Source of the DNA: an uncultured Gammaproteobacteria bacterium
GTDB taxonomy: Bacteria > Patescibacteriota > Microgenomatia > UBA10105 > UBA927
Assembly (NCBI GenBank): GCA_964527425.1
Contig: CAZGOA010000006.1
Span: 13,928 to 77,927, forward strand
Direction: 5' to 3'
Length of the DNA: 64,000 bases
Every line of letters begins with the position of its first letter. The first letter of the stretch is position 1. The notes beneath the pieces were generated by a model that did no database searches, was not told the DNA's origin, and worked only from the letters and a program-made list of their open reading frames with translations. This document shows, piece after piece, positions 9,365 through 18,472 of this stretch. The translations under genes were made by a program, and so were the position numbers.

Positions 9365-10126
9365 CTAGCCGACTAACCATCCACCATCGATATATATAGT
9401 ACTTCCTGTCATGTAACTATTTTCTTCAGAGGCTAGAAATGTAACAAGGTTAGCTATTTCCTGAGTCGTTGCAAATCGTTTTAAGGGGATACGTTTAATA
9501 ATATGTTGAAAAAGCTGTGGGTTTTCCTTTATTGGTGTTGTAATGTCTGTTTCCACGTATCCAGGTGCCACTGCGTTCACCAAAATATTTTCCGAAGCTA
9601 ATTCGCTTGCAAGTGCGCTTGTTAATCCAACAACTGCAGCTTTACTCGATATATAACTCGAAATTTCTTTGTCTGATGCTCCAACACCACCAGTTAACAG
9701 AGATGAGATATTAATTATCCTGCCATATCGTTGTTTTACCATTTCTTGGGCAACTTTTTGAGTTACCATAAATGCCCCCTTTACGTTCGTATCCATGACT
9801 ATGTCCCAAGATTCTTCAGGAGTTTCAAGTAGTGGTGATTCTTTTACTACTCCTGCATTATTCACTAAGATATCGATGCGGCTGTGCATAGAAATCAGCA
9901 AATCAACACCTTTTTCTATTTGTTCTTTTTTTGTTACGTCAAAAGGAATAGGGATTAGTGTGAGTTGTTCTTTTTTTGCAAGAGCTGATAGTTCTTCGAG
10001 TTTTTCAATCTTACGGCTTGAAATTGCTACAATTGCACCCTGTTTTGCGAGTGTTAAGGCGATGGTGCGACCAATTCCACTTGAGGCACCAGTAACAAGG
10101 GCAATTCTACCAGTTAGGTTAAGCAT
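9365..10126 (-). CDS. Classical SDR oxidoreductase (FabG-like)
   Basis: [24 protein letters not shown]. Confidence 0.9.
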   Translation of the reverse strand: MLNLTGRIALVTGASSGIGRTIALTLAKQGAIVAISSRKIEKLEELSALAKKEQLTLIPIPFDVTKKEQIEKGVDLLISMHSRIDILVNNAGVVKESPLLETPEESWDIVMDTNVKGAFMVTQKVAQEMVKQRYGRIINISSLLTGGVGASDKEISSYISSKAAVVGLTSALASELASENILVNAVAPGYVETDITTPIKENPQLFQHIIKRIPLKRFATTQEIANLVTFLASEENSYMTGSTIYIDGGWLVG

Positions 10127-10129
10127 ACG

Positions 10130-10768
10130 TTATGGATTAATCGCTGATTCTATGGCGTTGGTAAGATCTTGAGCTGATCGCATGGTGATTTTCTGTCCAT
10201 TCAAAAAGAATGTAGGAGTTGAATTTACGCCAAAACGGTTGCCAGCGGCAATATCTTCAGCGATCATGTCTTTAATTTCTCTGCTTTCGAGATCTTGATT
10301 AAATGTTGTTTCATCTAATTCTAATTTTTTAACAATTTCTGAGAGAGTTTGATCAGATAAGTTGGTTTGGTTAGCAAATAACTCGTCATGCATTTCCCAA
10401 AACTTACCTTGTTTTGCAGCAGCCTGAGCAGCCTTGGCTGCTTTTTCAGCGTAGGCATGTTGAGGTAAAGGATAATGTCTGTATGCTACAGTAAGAGCAT
10501 CACCATATTGTGTTATCAAGCTGTCAACTAACGGTGCAAAAGCTTGACATGCTGGACATTGAAAATCAGAGAATTCTACTAAATAGGCTGAAGCAGAAGC
10601 GTTTCCTTTTATTTGAGTATGGGAAGCTATCATTTCTTCACGGGGATAGATTGTTTGATTAGCTGAGGATTGTTCTTGCCGTGAAAATAAAAATAATGCA
10701 CCTACGATTAACACCACGCTAATAACAATAATGCTTAAGAACAATTTAGTTTCGCCAGTTAGTTTCAT
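10130..10768 (-). CDS. Membrane-anchored DsbA-family thiol-disulfide oxidoreductase
   Basis: N-terminal TM, SDFQCPAC, TPTFFLNG; ATG 10768 lies 6 nt after TTGTAA-17-TACATT. Confidence 0.9.
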   Translation of the reverse strand: MKLTGETKLFLSIIVISVVLIVGALFLFSRQEQSSANQTIYPREEMIASHTQIKGNASASAYLVEFSDFQCPACQAFAPLVDSLITQYGDALTVAYRHYPLPQHAYAEKAAKAAQAAAKQGKFWEMHDELFANQTNLSDQTLSEIVKKLELDETTFNQDLESREIKDMIAEDIAAGNRFGVNSTPTFFLNGQKITMRSAQDLTNAIESAINP

Positions 10769-10803
10769 GGTTTGAATGTATGACACTTTTTTGAGATTTA
10801 CAA

Positions 10804-11229
10804 CTATTTCTTAATCTTTTTTAAAAGCGCATCAAGTTGGTTTAAGGCATCTTCTTCTGTTTCAAATTCTATTCTACCTTCTATATGAGGTGCTCCAATA
10901 AGCATTCTGCTAATACGTCGGTTTTTTTCATAGAGAAGATACACAGGAATATTTCGTTCTCTGGCGTATTCAATTTCTATACCTGTACCTGTCGAGGGTT
11001 CGCCAACATAGGCAATCATTACTTCACTTTTTTCTAATTCATAGGTATCAATTTGGAATACCCTATCAGGTAAAACATCTGGATTTTCTTCTGGGTCTGT
11101 GCCGCGTTGAAATGCCCAGTAATACTCAAATCCGTTTGCTTGAGCTACTTGTGCTAGTTTTATGTAAAACGCTTTAGTTTGATCAGGATTAGTTAAATCG
11201 GTTAATGGTCCACCAAAAAAAATTCTCAT
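10804..11229 (-). CDS. Nucleoside 2-deoxyribosyltransferase / DNPH1(Rcl)-like N-glycosidase
   Basis: IFFGGP, PSTGTGIEIEYA, ISRM motifs. Confidence 0.75.
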   Translation of the reverse strand: MRIFFGGPLTDLTNPDQTKAFYIKLAQVAQANGFEYYWAFQRGTDPEENPDVLPDRVFQIDTYELEKSEVMIAYVGEPSTGTGIEIEYARERNIPVYLLYEKNRRISRMLIGAPHIEGRIEFETEEDALNQLDALLKKIKK

Positions 11230-11363
11230 AGAATATATATTATATCTCTTTTACGAAATTTAGGAAGGTGGTATAGTGGCATAATCTCTGAGACATGCAT
11301 CACATATAATGGATATAGATTCTTTTTATAATGATGAGATCTTAAAGAATAAAGGAGGTCAAT

Positions 11364-11687
11364 ATGGCTGATAAAACTTTTACAGATCAAAATTTTGATG
11401 CGGAGGTACTAAAAGCTGAAAAACCAGTACTCGTTGATTTTTGGGCAGAATGGTGTACTCCTTGTTTAGTTCAGGGGCCTATTGTTGATGAAATTGCTAA
11501 AGAACTAGAAGGAAAAGCCGTAATTGGTAAACTTAACGTTGATGAAAACATGAATACAGCTCAAACCTATGGTGTTATGTCAATTCCAACTGTTATGATT
11601 TTTAAAGGTGGACAATTGGCAAAACAATTTGTTGGAGTTCAAAGTAAAGAAACATTGATGAACGAATTAAATAAACTAATTAATTAA
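11364..11687 (+). CDS. trxA: Thioredoxin
   Basis: DFWAEWCTPC, SIPT; SD AAGGAGG. Confidence 0.92.
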   Translation: MADKTFTDQNFDAEVLKAEKPVLVDFWAEWCTPCLVQGPIVDEIAKELEGKAVIGKLNVDENMNTAQTYGVMSIPTVMIFKGGQLAKQFVGVQSKETLMNELNKLIN

Positions 11688-11690
11688 TAT

Positions 11691-12689
11691 ATGTACGATG
11701 TTATTATTATTGGATCAGGACCAGCGGGATTAACAGCTGGAATATACTGTCAGCGACTAGGATTGCAGCCTGTAATTATTGCAGGGAGGAAATGGGGCGG
11801 TCAGCTTCAACAAACTACAGAAGTAGAAAATTGGCCAGGAACACGTTCTATTATGGGTCCTGAGTTGATGAGTAACATGAAACATCACGCAGAAGATCTG
11901 GGTGTGCCAATTATAGAAACAATGGCAGTAGATCTAACAACATCATCGCCATTTACCGTTACGCTAGAGGATGGAAAAAAAATTGAAGGGAAATCGATCA
12001 TACTTGCCATGGGAGCTGATACAAAATGGTTGGAAGTGCCCAGCGAAGCACGTTTGCGAGGAAGAGGTGTATCCTCTTGCGCTCCTTGTGATGCGTTTTT
12101 CTTTAAAGGGAGACCAGTTGCCGTTGTTGGCGGAGGGGACAGTGCAATGGAAGAGGCTCAAGTTATAGCAAAAGTTTCCTCCGATGTGGTGTTAATTCAT
12201 AGAAGAGATGAGTTTAAAGCTCAACAGTCAATGATTGACAAAGTTAAAGAGAATAAAAATGTAAGGTTCTTGTACAACAGTAGGGTAATAGATGTACTCG
12301 GTGATAAAGTGCTTTCTGGAATACTGATTGAGACCGATAGTATTTCTCCAAAACAAGGTGTTTCTTCGTTTGATCAGTTAGTAAATGAATTTAATGGAGA
12401 AAAGAAAAGTAACAATCAATGGATATTACCCAGAAGCGGTATATTTGTTGCCATCGGTTTAGTTCCTAATACGCAATTTTTAAAACAATTTGATTTGGAT
12501 AGTCATGGATACATAAAAAGAATTGAAGAAAAAGATAAAGAGGGAAATATTCTCTATAGTATGAAAACAAAGTATAACGGTATTTTTACTGCAGGGGATA
12601 TACACGATAATCGATATAAACAAGCCATTACTGCAGCTGCTTTTGGTTGTATGTCGGCACTTGATGTAGCTAAATGGTTATCTGAATAA
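11691..12689 (+). CDS. trxB: Thioredoxin-disulfide reductase
   Basis: GSGPAG, CAPCD, GGGDSA, HRR, QAITAA. Confidence 0.95.
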   Translation: MYDVIIIGSGPAGLTAGIYCQRLGLQPVIIAGRKWGGQLQQTTEVENWPGTRSIMGPELMSNMKHHAEDLGVPIIETMAVDLTTSSPFTVTLEDGKKIEGKSIILAMGADTKWLEVPSEARLRGRGVSSCAPCDAFFFKGRPVAVVGGGDSAMEEAQVIAKVSSDVVLIHRRDEFKAQQSMIDKVKENKNVRFLYNSRVIDVLGDKVLSGILIETDSISPKQGVSSFDQLVNEFNGEKKSNNQWILPRSGIFVAIGLVPNTQFLKQFDLDSHGYIKRIEEKDKEGNILYSMKTKYNGIFTAGDIHDNRYKQAITAAAFGCMSALDVAKWLSE

Positions 12690-12697
12690 TAAACAGT

Positions 12698-13402
12698 ATG
12701 ATTAAACCCCAAAAATTCCAGGCAGTTATTTCTGAAAAAAAATGGATTGCCAAGAAAGTGATAGAAGTTCGTTTTTTGATGAAAAATCCATCTTCTATTG
12801 TATTTAACGCTGGTCAAACAGTAATGATTTATATTATGCCTGGCATCAATCGTTCCATGTCAATTGCGTCAACACCATTAAATTCACAAGAAATAACGAT
12901 TTGTTGGGATGTCTCACCAATGGGACCCGGTGCACATTGGCTGTTGGATCACAAAGTTGGAGATCCGGTAGAATTTATGGCACCGTTAGGTGTTTTTACG
13001 TATGATGAAGAACATAAACGCACATCCATTTTTATGGCTACAGGCACAGGGATTGCACCATTCCGGTCATTTTTAGACACGTATTTAGCACAGGGAAAAT
13101 TAGGTGAAACACATTTATATTGGGGATTGCGACATGAGGATGATATCTTTTGGAAAGACATATTTGAGTCGTATCAGCAGTCTTATGAGCAGTTTAAATT
13201 TACGCTTTCACTGTCTCAGCCAAGTACGGCATGGCAGGGACTTAAAGGACGTATTACGGAGCATGTATTTAAAGAACCAGTGAATAAAGATGCTGATTAT
13301 TATCTCTGTGGCAGTGGAGCTATGGTTGAAGAGACATATACAACATTGACTCAAGCTGGTGTTGCGACAGACCATATTAAAAGGGAGTTGTTTTTTAATT
13401 AA
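12698..13402 (+). CDS. FAD/NAD(P)-binding oxidoreductase (FNR-like, no Fe-S domain)
   Basis: RSMSIAS, ATGTGIAP, YLCG, terminal ELF. Confidence 0.85.
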   Translation: MIKPQKFQAVISEKKWIAKKVIEVRFLMKNPSSIVFNAGQTVMIYIMPGINRSMSIASTPLNSQEITICWDVSPMGPGAHWLLDHKVGDPVEFMAPLGVFTYDEEHKRTSIFMATGTGIAPFRSFLDTYLAQGKLGETHLYWGLRHEDDIFWKDIFESYQQSYEQFKFTLSLSQPSTAWQGLKGRITEHVFKEPVNKDADYYLCGSGAMVEETYTTLTQAGVATDHIKRELFFN

Positions 13403-13403
13403 T

Positions 13404-14246
13404 ATGTATTGCGTATTTAACGGTAGACTAATGCCTGTAAATGAAGCTTCTTTATCAATTACTGATTTAGGAGTACTGAGAGGATATGGATTTTTTGATT
13501 ATCTGCGTACATATAACGGAATCCCTTTTTTATTGGACGAACATCTCGATAGACTTGAGCGCACATCTTCAATTTTGAATCTTGAAATACCATATAGTAG
13601 AAATCAAATAATTCAATGGATCAATGAATTGCTTGAAAAGAACGGATTTCAAGAATCTCATATCAAGATTGTTGTAACGGGTGGTCCAAGTAGCGATGGA
13701 ATGACCGTTGAGTCTCCAACTTTTTATATATTGATTACCCCAGTAACTCCAAATCCTTCCTCTTTGTATACAGACGGCATTACGGTGTTGATGCATGAGT
13801 ATTTACGACCCTTTCCCGAAGCTAAGAGTCTGAATTATCTTACCTCTCTGTCTCTCTGGAAAAAAAGAAAAGAAATGAATGCATATGAAGTATTGTATAC
13901 CCATAATGGAAATGTGCTAGAAGCATCAACAAGTAATGTTTTTTTGTTTAAAAATTCTGTACTTATAACACCGAAAGATACTATTTTGGCAGGAATAACG
14001 CGTGATGTTGTTTTGCGAATTGCAAATGATGTGCATACCGTTGAAGTTAGGGATGTAACAATCGATGAATTATTACATGCTGATGAAGTGTTCATAACTG
14101 CATCAAATAAAGAAGTTATGCCTGTTGTGAAAATAGAGAATCAGACTATTGGGAACGGTATTCCAGGTCAACAGACATTATATTTACTAGATTTATACAG
14201 GAAAGCAATTGAGGAATATAGCAAGAACCATGCTTCGATTGATTGA
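13404..14246 (+). CDS. Class IV PLP aminotransferase (IlvE/Dat/PabC family)
   Basis: GYGFFD, HLDRL, KSLNY, EASTSN, LAGITR, DEVFIT; ATG 13404. Confidence 0.9.
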   Translation: MYCVFNGRLMPVNEASLSITDLGVLRGYGFFDYLRTYNGIPFLLDEHLDRLERTSSILNLEIPYSRNQIIQWINELLEKNGFQESHIKIVVTGGPSSDGMTVESPTFYILITPVTPNPSSLYTDGITVLMHEYLRPFPEAKSLNYLTSLSLWKKRKEMNAYEVLYTHNGNVLEASTSNVFLFKNSVLITPKDTILAGITRDVVLRIANDVHTVEVRDVTIDELLHADEVFITASNKEVMPVVKIENQTIGNGIPGQQTLYLLDLYRKAIEEYSKNHASID

Positions 14247-14308
14247 GTTGTACTTCAATATCACGTATAATCACTACTATTCTTTACAGAAAGGCGGAAA
14301 GTAATTAA

Positions 14309-15466
14309 ATGGCACCAACCAAAAAAAATAAAAAACAACCTAAACCACAAGAAATGGAGGCTACTCCAGTAAAAAAGTTTGAGGGTGAACCAACGACTAT
14401 GGATGAGTTACTCTCTCAAACTGGATACACCCTTAAAGGATTTAAAAAAGGAGATACTGTTGAAGGGACTATTACCCGGGTTTCTGCTCGTGAAGTATTA
14501 ATTGATGTAGGCGGTAAAGCAGAAGGCGTTGTAATTGACCGGGAGCTTGAAGTATATAAAGAATTATTACTCGCATTATCGCTGGGTGATAAAGTCATAG
14601 CACAGGTGATTGTTCCTGAGAATGATAGAGGACAGGCAGTATTATCACTTCGAAAGTTTATTACTGAAAGACGTTGGAATCTATTAACAGAGCAACATAA
14701 GAATAACGAATCTGTAGAAGTTATTATTCGCGAACCAGTGCGTGGTGGATTATTGGTAGAATATGGGGGAATTCGCGGATATATTCCTAATTCACAGCTA
14801 GAAAGTGGCTTCCAAAAACAACTTGACAAGATGAATGGAAGAAAAATTCAAGTAAAGATCATGGAAGTAGATAAGGAAGGGAATCGTTTGGTCTTCTCTC
14901 ACCGGGCAGTTGCTGAAGCAGAAGCATTTGCCAAGCAAAAAGACTTATTGGAAGTACTCGAAGAAGGTGAAACCATTCAAGTTACGATAACAACAGTTGT
15001 TCCTTTTGGAGCATTTGCTAAATTTAAAGTTACCAAAGATGACAAAGAACATGAAATAGAAGGACTCATACATATTTCGGAAATTGCTTGGGAAAAAGTA
15101 GAAGATGCTTCTCAATATGTTAAGTCTGGTGATTCAATCAAGGTGAAAATTATTGGATTAGAGAAAGAAAGTGGGAAAGTAAATCTTTCTATTAAACAAT
15201 TATTACCAGATCCATGGGAGCATGTACTTGATATGTTTGAAAAAGACAGTCAGGTAGGTGGTACGGTTTCTCGTGTCACACCAATTGGTATTTTTGTTAC
15301 CTTAAGTCCTGGAGTCGAGGGATTAATTCATGTCAGTAAATTATCTCCTGGTGATGAGTATAAAGAAGGAGATGAAGTGAATTGTTTAGTTGAGAATGTA
15401 GAGCCTGAAAAGCGGAAAATTAGTCTGTCTATTGCCTTAACAGAGAAGCCAATCATGTACCGTTAA
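14309..15466 (+). CDS. rpsA: 30S ribosomal protein S1 (four S1 domains)
   Basis: Repeated S1 motifs (GLIHISEIAW, GLIHVSKL); upstream TTGAGT-17-TATAAT. Confidence 0.85.
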   Translation: MAPTKKNKKQPKPQEMEATPVKKFEGEPTTMDELLSQTGYTLKGFKKGDTVEGTITRVSAREVLIDVGGKAEGVVIDRELEVYKELLLALSLGDKVIAQVIVPENDRGQAVLSLRKFITERRWNLLTEQHKNNESVEVIIREPVRGGLLVEYGGIRGYIPNSQLESGFQKQLDKMNGRKIQVKIMEVDKEGNRLVFSHRAVAEAEAFAKQKDLLEVLEEGETIQVTITTVVPFGAFAKFKVTKDDKEHEIEGLIHISEIAWEKVEDASQYVKSGDSIKVKIIGLEKESGKVNLSIKQLLPDPWEHVLDMFEKDSQVGGTVSRVTPIGIFVTLSPGVEGLIHVSKLSPGDEYKEGDEVNCLVENVEPEKRKISLSIALTEKPIMYR

Positions 15467-15468
15467 CG

Positions 15469-16803
15469 ATGGCTGTGAAACTTAAGTCTTTTTATATTTG
15501 TCAGCAATGTAGTCATGAAACTCCCCAGTGGTTAGGGAAGTGTCCTAATTGTGGGAGTTGGAATAGTCTGGTTGAAACGGTAAAAGACATTGGCAAGAAG
15601 AAAGGCGCTGAAGCTGTACGTAAAGAAGGAGCAATCCCACAAATACTGTCACAAGTTAGCCATATAGAAACAAAAAGACTTGTTACCAATATTGAGGAGT
15701 TTGATCGTGTAATGGGAGGCGGAATTGTTCCGGGGAGTGTTACATTATTAGCTGGAGATCCAGGTATAGGTAAGTCCACATTACTTCTTCATATAGTTTC
15801 AAAGATTGGTGGAATGTATATTGCTGGTGAAGAATCGGCAGAGCAAGTTAAGCTAAGAGCATCACGATTAGGTATAAAAGGTGATAATATTATTATTCTT
15901 CCAGAAACAAATGTTGAAGCAATAGTAGAAGCACTATCTGTTATTCAAACGAAAACAACTGATAACACGAATAAGCAAATGCCTCTTGTTATTGTTGATT
16001 CTATCCAAACATTAACCTCATCAGATTTAGAAGGTATGGCAGGTTCTGTCGGTCAAATACGATACACTGCCGAGAAATTAGTGGTATTTGCAAAAACGCA
16101 TCATATTCCAATGATTTTGATTGGCCATGTTACCAAAGAAGGCACGATTGCTGGTCCGAAAGTCCTTGAACATATGGTCGATACCGTATTGTATGTAGAA
16201 GGGGAACGGTTTGCGAGTGCACGTATACTTCGAACGCTTAAAAATAGATTTGGAGCTATTGAAGAAGTTGGATTGTTTGATATGCAAGAACAAGGGTTAA
16301 AGGAAATAACGAATCCATCTGCATTGTTCCTTCAAGATAGAGTTGAACATGTTTCAGGATCAGTTGTCAGCGTTACGATGGAAGGGACAAGACCTCTCTT
16401 AATTGAGATTCAAGGACTTGTAGTACCTAGTCAACTTGCAATTCCCAGAAGAGTTGCAAATGGATTCGACTATAATCGATTACAGTTGTTAATGGCGATA
16501 GTACAAAAAAGGCTTAATCTACCTATCGGCACGTTTGATATGTTTGTAAATGTAAGTGGTGGGTTAAAGGTAGAAGAACCTGCCGTGGATTTAGCAGTCT
16601 GCTTGGCAATAATATCGTCTTTTAAAAATAAAGCGTTAGACCCCAAAACAGCAGTATTTGGTGAAGTAGGATTATTAGGAGAATTACGCGCTACTGTAGG
16701 GGAGGAAAGGCGGATAAAAGAAGCAAAAAGATTAGGTTTTTCTCATATTATTAGTCCCAAAACAGCTAAAACATTAAAGGAAGCAACAAAGTGGTTATTA
16801 TGA
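15469..16803 (+). CDS. radA: DNA repair protein RadA/Sms
   Basis: C4 zinc finger, GDPGIGKST, KNRFG, Lon-like C-terminus. Confidence 0.97.
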   Translation: MAVKLKSFYICQQCSHETPQWLGKCPNCGSWNSLVETVKDIGKKKGAEAVRKEGAIPQILSQVSHIETKRLVTNIEEFDRVMGGGIVPGSVTLLAGDPGIGKSTLLLHIVSKIGGMYIAGEESAEQVKLRASRLGIKGDNIIILPETNVEAIVEALSVIQTKTTDNTNKQMPLVIVDSIQTLTSSDLEGMAGSVGQIRYTAEKLVVFAKTHHIPMILIGHVTKEGTIAGPKVLEHMVDTVLYVEGERFASARILRTLKNRFGAIEEVGLFDMQEQGLKEITNPSALFLQDRVEHVSGSVVSVTMEGTRPLLIEIQGLVVPSQLAIPRRVANGFDYNRLQLLMAIVQKRLNLPIGTFDMFVNVSGGLKVEEPAVDLAVCLAIISSFKNKALDPKTAVFGEVGLLGELRATVGEERRIKEAKRLGFSHIISPKTAKTLKEATKWLL

Positions 16804-16838
16804 CAGGATAAGTAGCGTGAGTGTGCTACAATGAAACC

Positions 16839-17726
16839 ATGAAGTTATATATTCCGGGTAAAAAACGTTCAAAACCCGAAATTGAAAAAAAAGGTAGTAA
16901 GGAAAACCGAAAAGATAAAAAACAGGAACAAATAACAGCGTTGGTTAAAAAACCACCAGAAAAATCTGCTGAAAAAACAGAAGGCTTTGTGCGACCCAAC
17001 CCGGCAGAATTTGCTGCACTCGTTGCCAGAGAAATTGTAAAAAATTTGACTTCACTTAGGGTTATACGACCTTTTTCTAAAGATGTAGCGATTGAAGGGC
17101 TTTCAGATATTCCCGTCCCTGAAGGATTAAACTTAATGCTCGTTGATACAAGTGTTTTAATTGACGGGCGTATCCTCGCAGTTATTCAGAGTGGTTTTAT
17201 GGCAGGTACATTACTCGTACCACAGTTTGTGTTAGGTGAATTGCAGCATATTGCAGATTCCAGTGATAGTTTACGCAGAGCAAAAGGAAGACGGGGTTTA
17301 GATATTGTTCAAAAAATGACAGTTCAAAAAAACAATACACTAGTAGCTACCAAGATTATTAAGGATGATATTGAACAGGTGAAAGAAGTAGATCATAAGC
17401 TTGCTGCACTCGCTAAACAGTGGAAGACTAAATTAATTACTGTAGACTATAACCTTGCCCAATTAGCTCGTGCTCAAGGAGTTCCTGTGTTAAATCTGCA
17501 CGATTTAGCACAGGCTATTAAATTAGCTATACTTCCTGGTGAAGAACTGACAATAAAAATTACACATGAAGGTAAAGAAAGAGAACAGGGTGTAGGGTAT
17601 CTTTCAGACGGAACGATGGTTGTTGTTGATCAGGCAAAAGATAAAGTAGGTATAGAAGTTGTAATTATTGTTTCTCGAATTGTAAACACTCCAGCAGGGC
17701 AGTTATTCTTCGCACGACTTAAGTAA
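16839..17726 (+). CDS. PIN + TRAM domain protein (YacL family) lacking the N-terminal TM region
   Basis: DTSVLIDGRI, ELQHIADS, GRRGLD, GKE..QGVGYL.DGTMVVV; follows radA. Confidence 0.88.
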   Translation: MKLYIPGKKRSKPEIEKKGSKENRKDKKQEQITALVKKPPEKSAEKTEGFVRPNPAEFAALVAREIVKNLTSLRVIRPFSKDVAIEGLSDIPVPEGLNLMLVDTSVLIDGRILAVIQSGFMAGTLLVPQFVLGELQHIADSSDSLRRAKGRRGLDIVQKMTVQKNNTLVATKIIKDDIEQVKEVDHKLAALAKQWKTKLITVDYNLAQLARAQGVPVLNLHDLAQAIKLAILPGEELTIKITHEGKEREQGVGYLSDGTMVVVDQAKDKVGIEVVIIVSRIVNTPAGQLFFARLK

Positions 17727-17752
17727 AGGGAACGCTAACATCTTCTTTATAG

Positions 17753-17772
17753 TTATCAATAAGTTATCCACA
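17753..17772 (+). promoter_or_regulatory. Tandem DnaA boxes
   Basis: TTATCAATA (17753-17761) plus a perfect TTATCCACA (17764-17772), followed by AT-rich DNA. Confidence 0.55.
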
Positions 17773-17893
17773 AAAATGTATTGGATTTATTTATATTGAT
17801 TTAGCAGTCTATTTTTTAAAGAAAATACTATGAGATTTGCATTTTTGACAACATAAATTTATATGGGTTATTGACTTACATGCAGGAGAGTGG

Positions 17894-18085
17894 TTGAATA
17901 AAACTATGACTGTTCAATCGAAACATAAATTGTCTAAGCTTATACAATGGCTTCTAACTGGAGAAATTCAGGAAAGTAATATAAACCCTACAGATTCTGA
18001 AAATTACGAATTTAGAAGGCTTATGCGAGATCAGCTAAAGCAATTAAAAGATAAAGGAGTACCAATTAGAATTATGACTCTCTAA
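17894..18085 (+). CDS. Small orphan hypothetical protein (63 aa from TTG, or 59 aa from ATG 17906)
   Basis: AGGAG SD-like motif upstream; amphipathic helical composition. Confidence 0.55.
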   Translation: MNKTMTVQSKHKLSKLIQWLLTGEIQESNINPTDSENYEFRRLMRDQLKQLKDKGVPIRIMTL

Positions 18086-18093
18086 TTGACTAC

Positions 18094-18188
18094 AAAAAAA
18101 GCATCACTACCGCTAGCAATTGAGAGCGCCACGAGTAGTAATGCCTTTTGACCGTACTAAAATCTTTGAGCAGGAAATCAGTACTTGT
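18094..18188 (-). ncRNA. Candidate ~95-nt sRNA with its own promoter and terminator
   Basis: Minus-strand TTGACG (18223-18218), 17 bp, TAGTGT (18200-18195); hairpin 18154-18184; terminator stem 18101-18144 plus 7 U. Confidence 0.55.
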
Positions 18189-18329
18189 GTAGCTACACTA
18201 CACAAAAGTAAATGATTCGTCAAATTTTTTTTTGAAGCAAAAAAATCAATTTAGTTTGATCTAATAGGTAAATCATATATCTACTTCTGTCGGATTGACT
18301 TTTATTTTCCTTGGAACTACAATTATTAC

Positions 18330-18472
18330 TTAGTCAGGCTGTCTTTAAAGTATTGAGTATTGAGCGTATACAGAGATAACCTTGATGGGTACATTTAATA
18401 TTCAAATAAAATCTATATTGTATGGGGGATAGTATGTTGGGCAGGCGTGCTATCTCCCATAGAGTGTAGATT
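18330..18472 (+). ncRNA. Candidate ~140-nt two-hairpin structured RNA
   Basis: TTGACT (18295-18300), 17 bp, TACAAT (18318-18323); long stems 18351-18408 and 18410-18472 with plus-strand G-U pairs. Confidence 0.5.

Noticed and set aside
18330-18350. SRP RNA (TCAGG motif)
   Set aside because: The GNRA tetraloop and AGCAG partner strand of SRP helix 8 are absent
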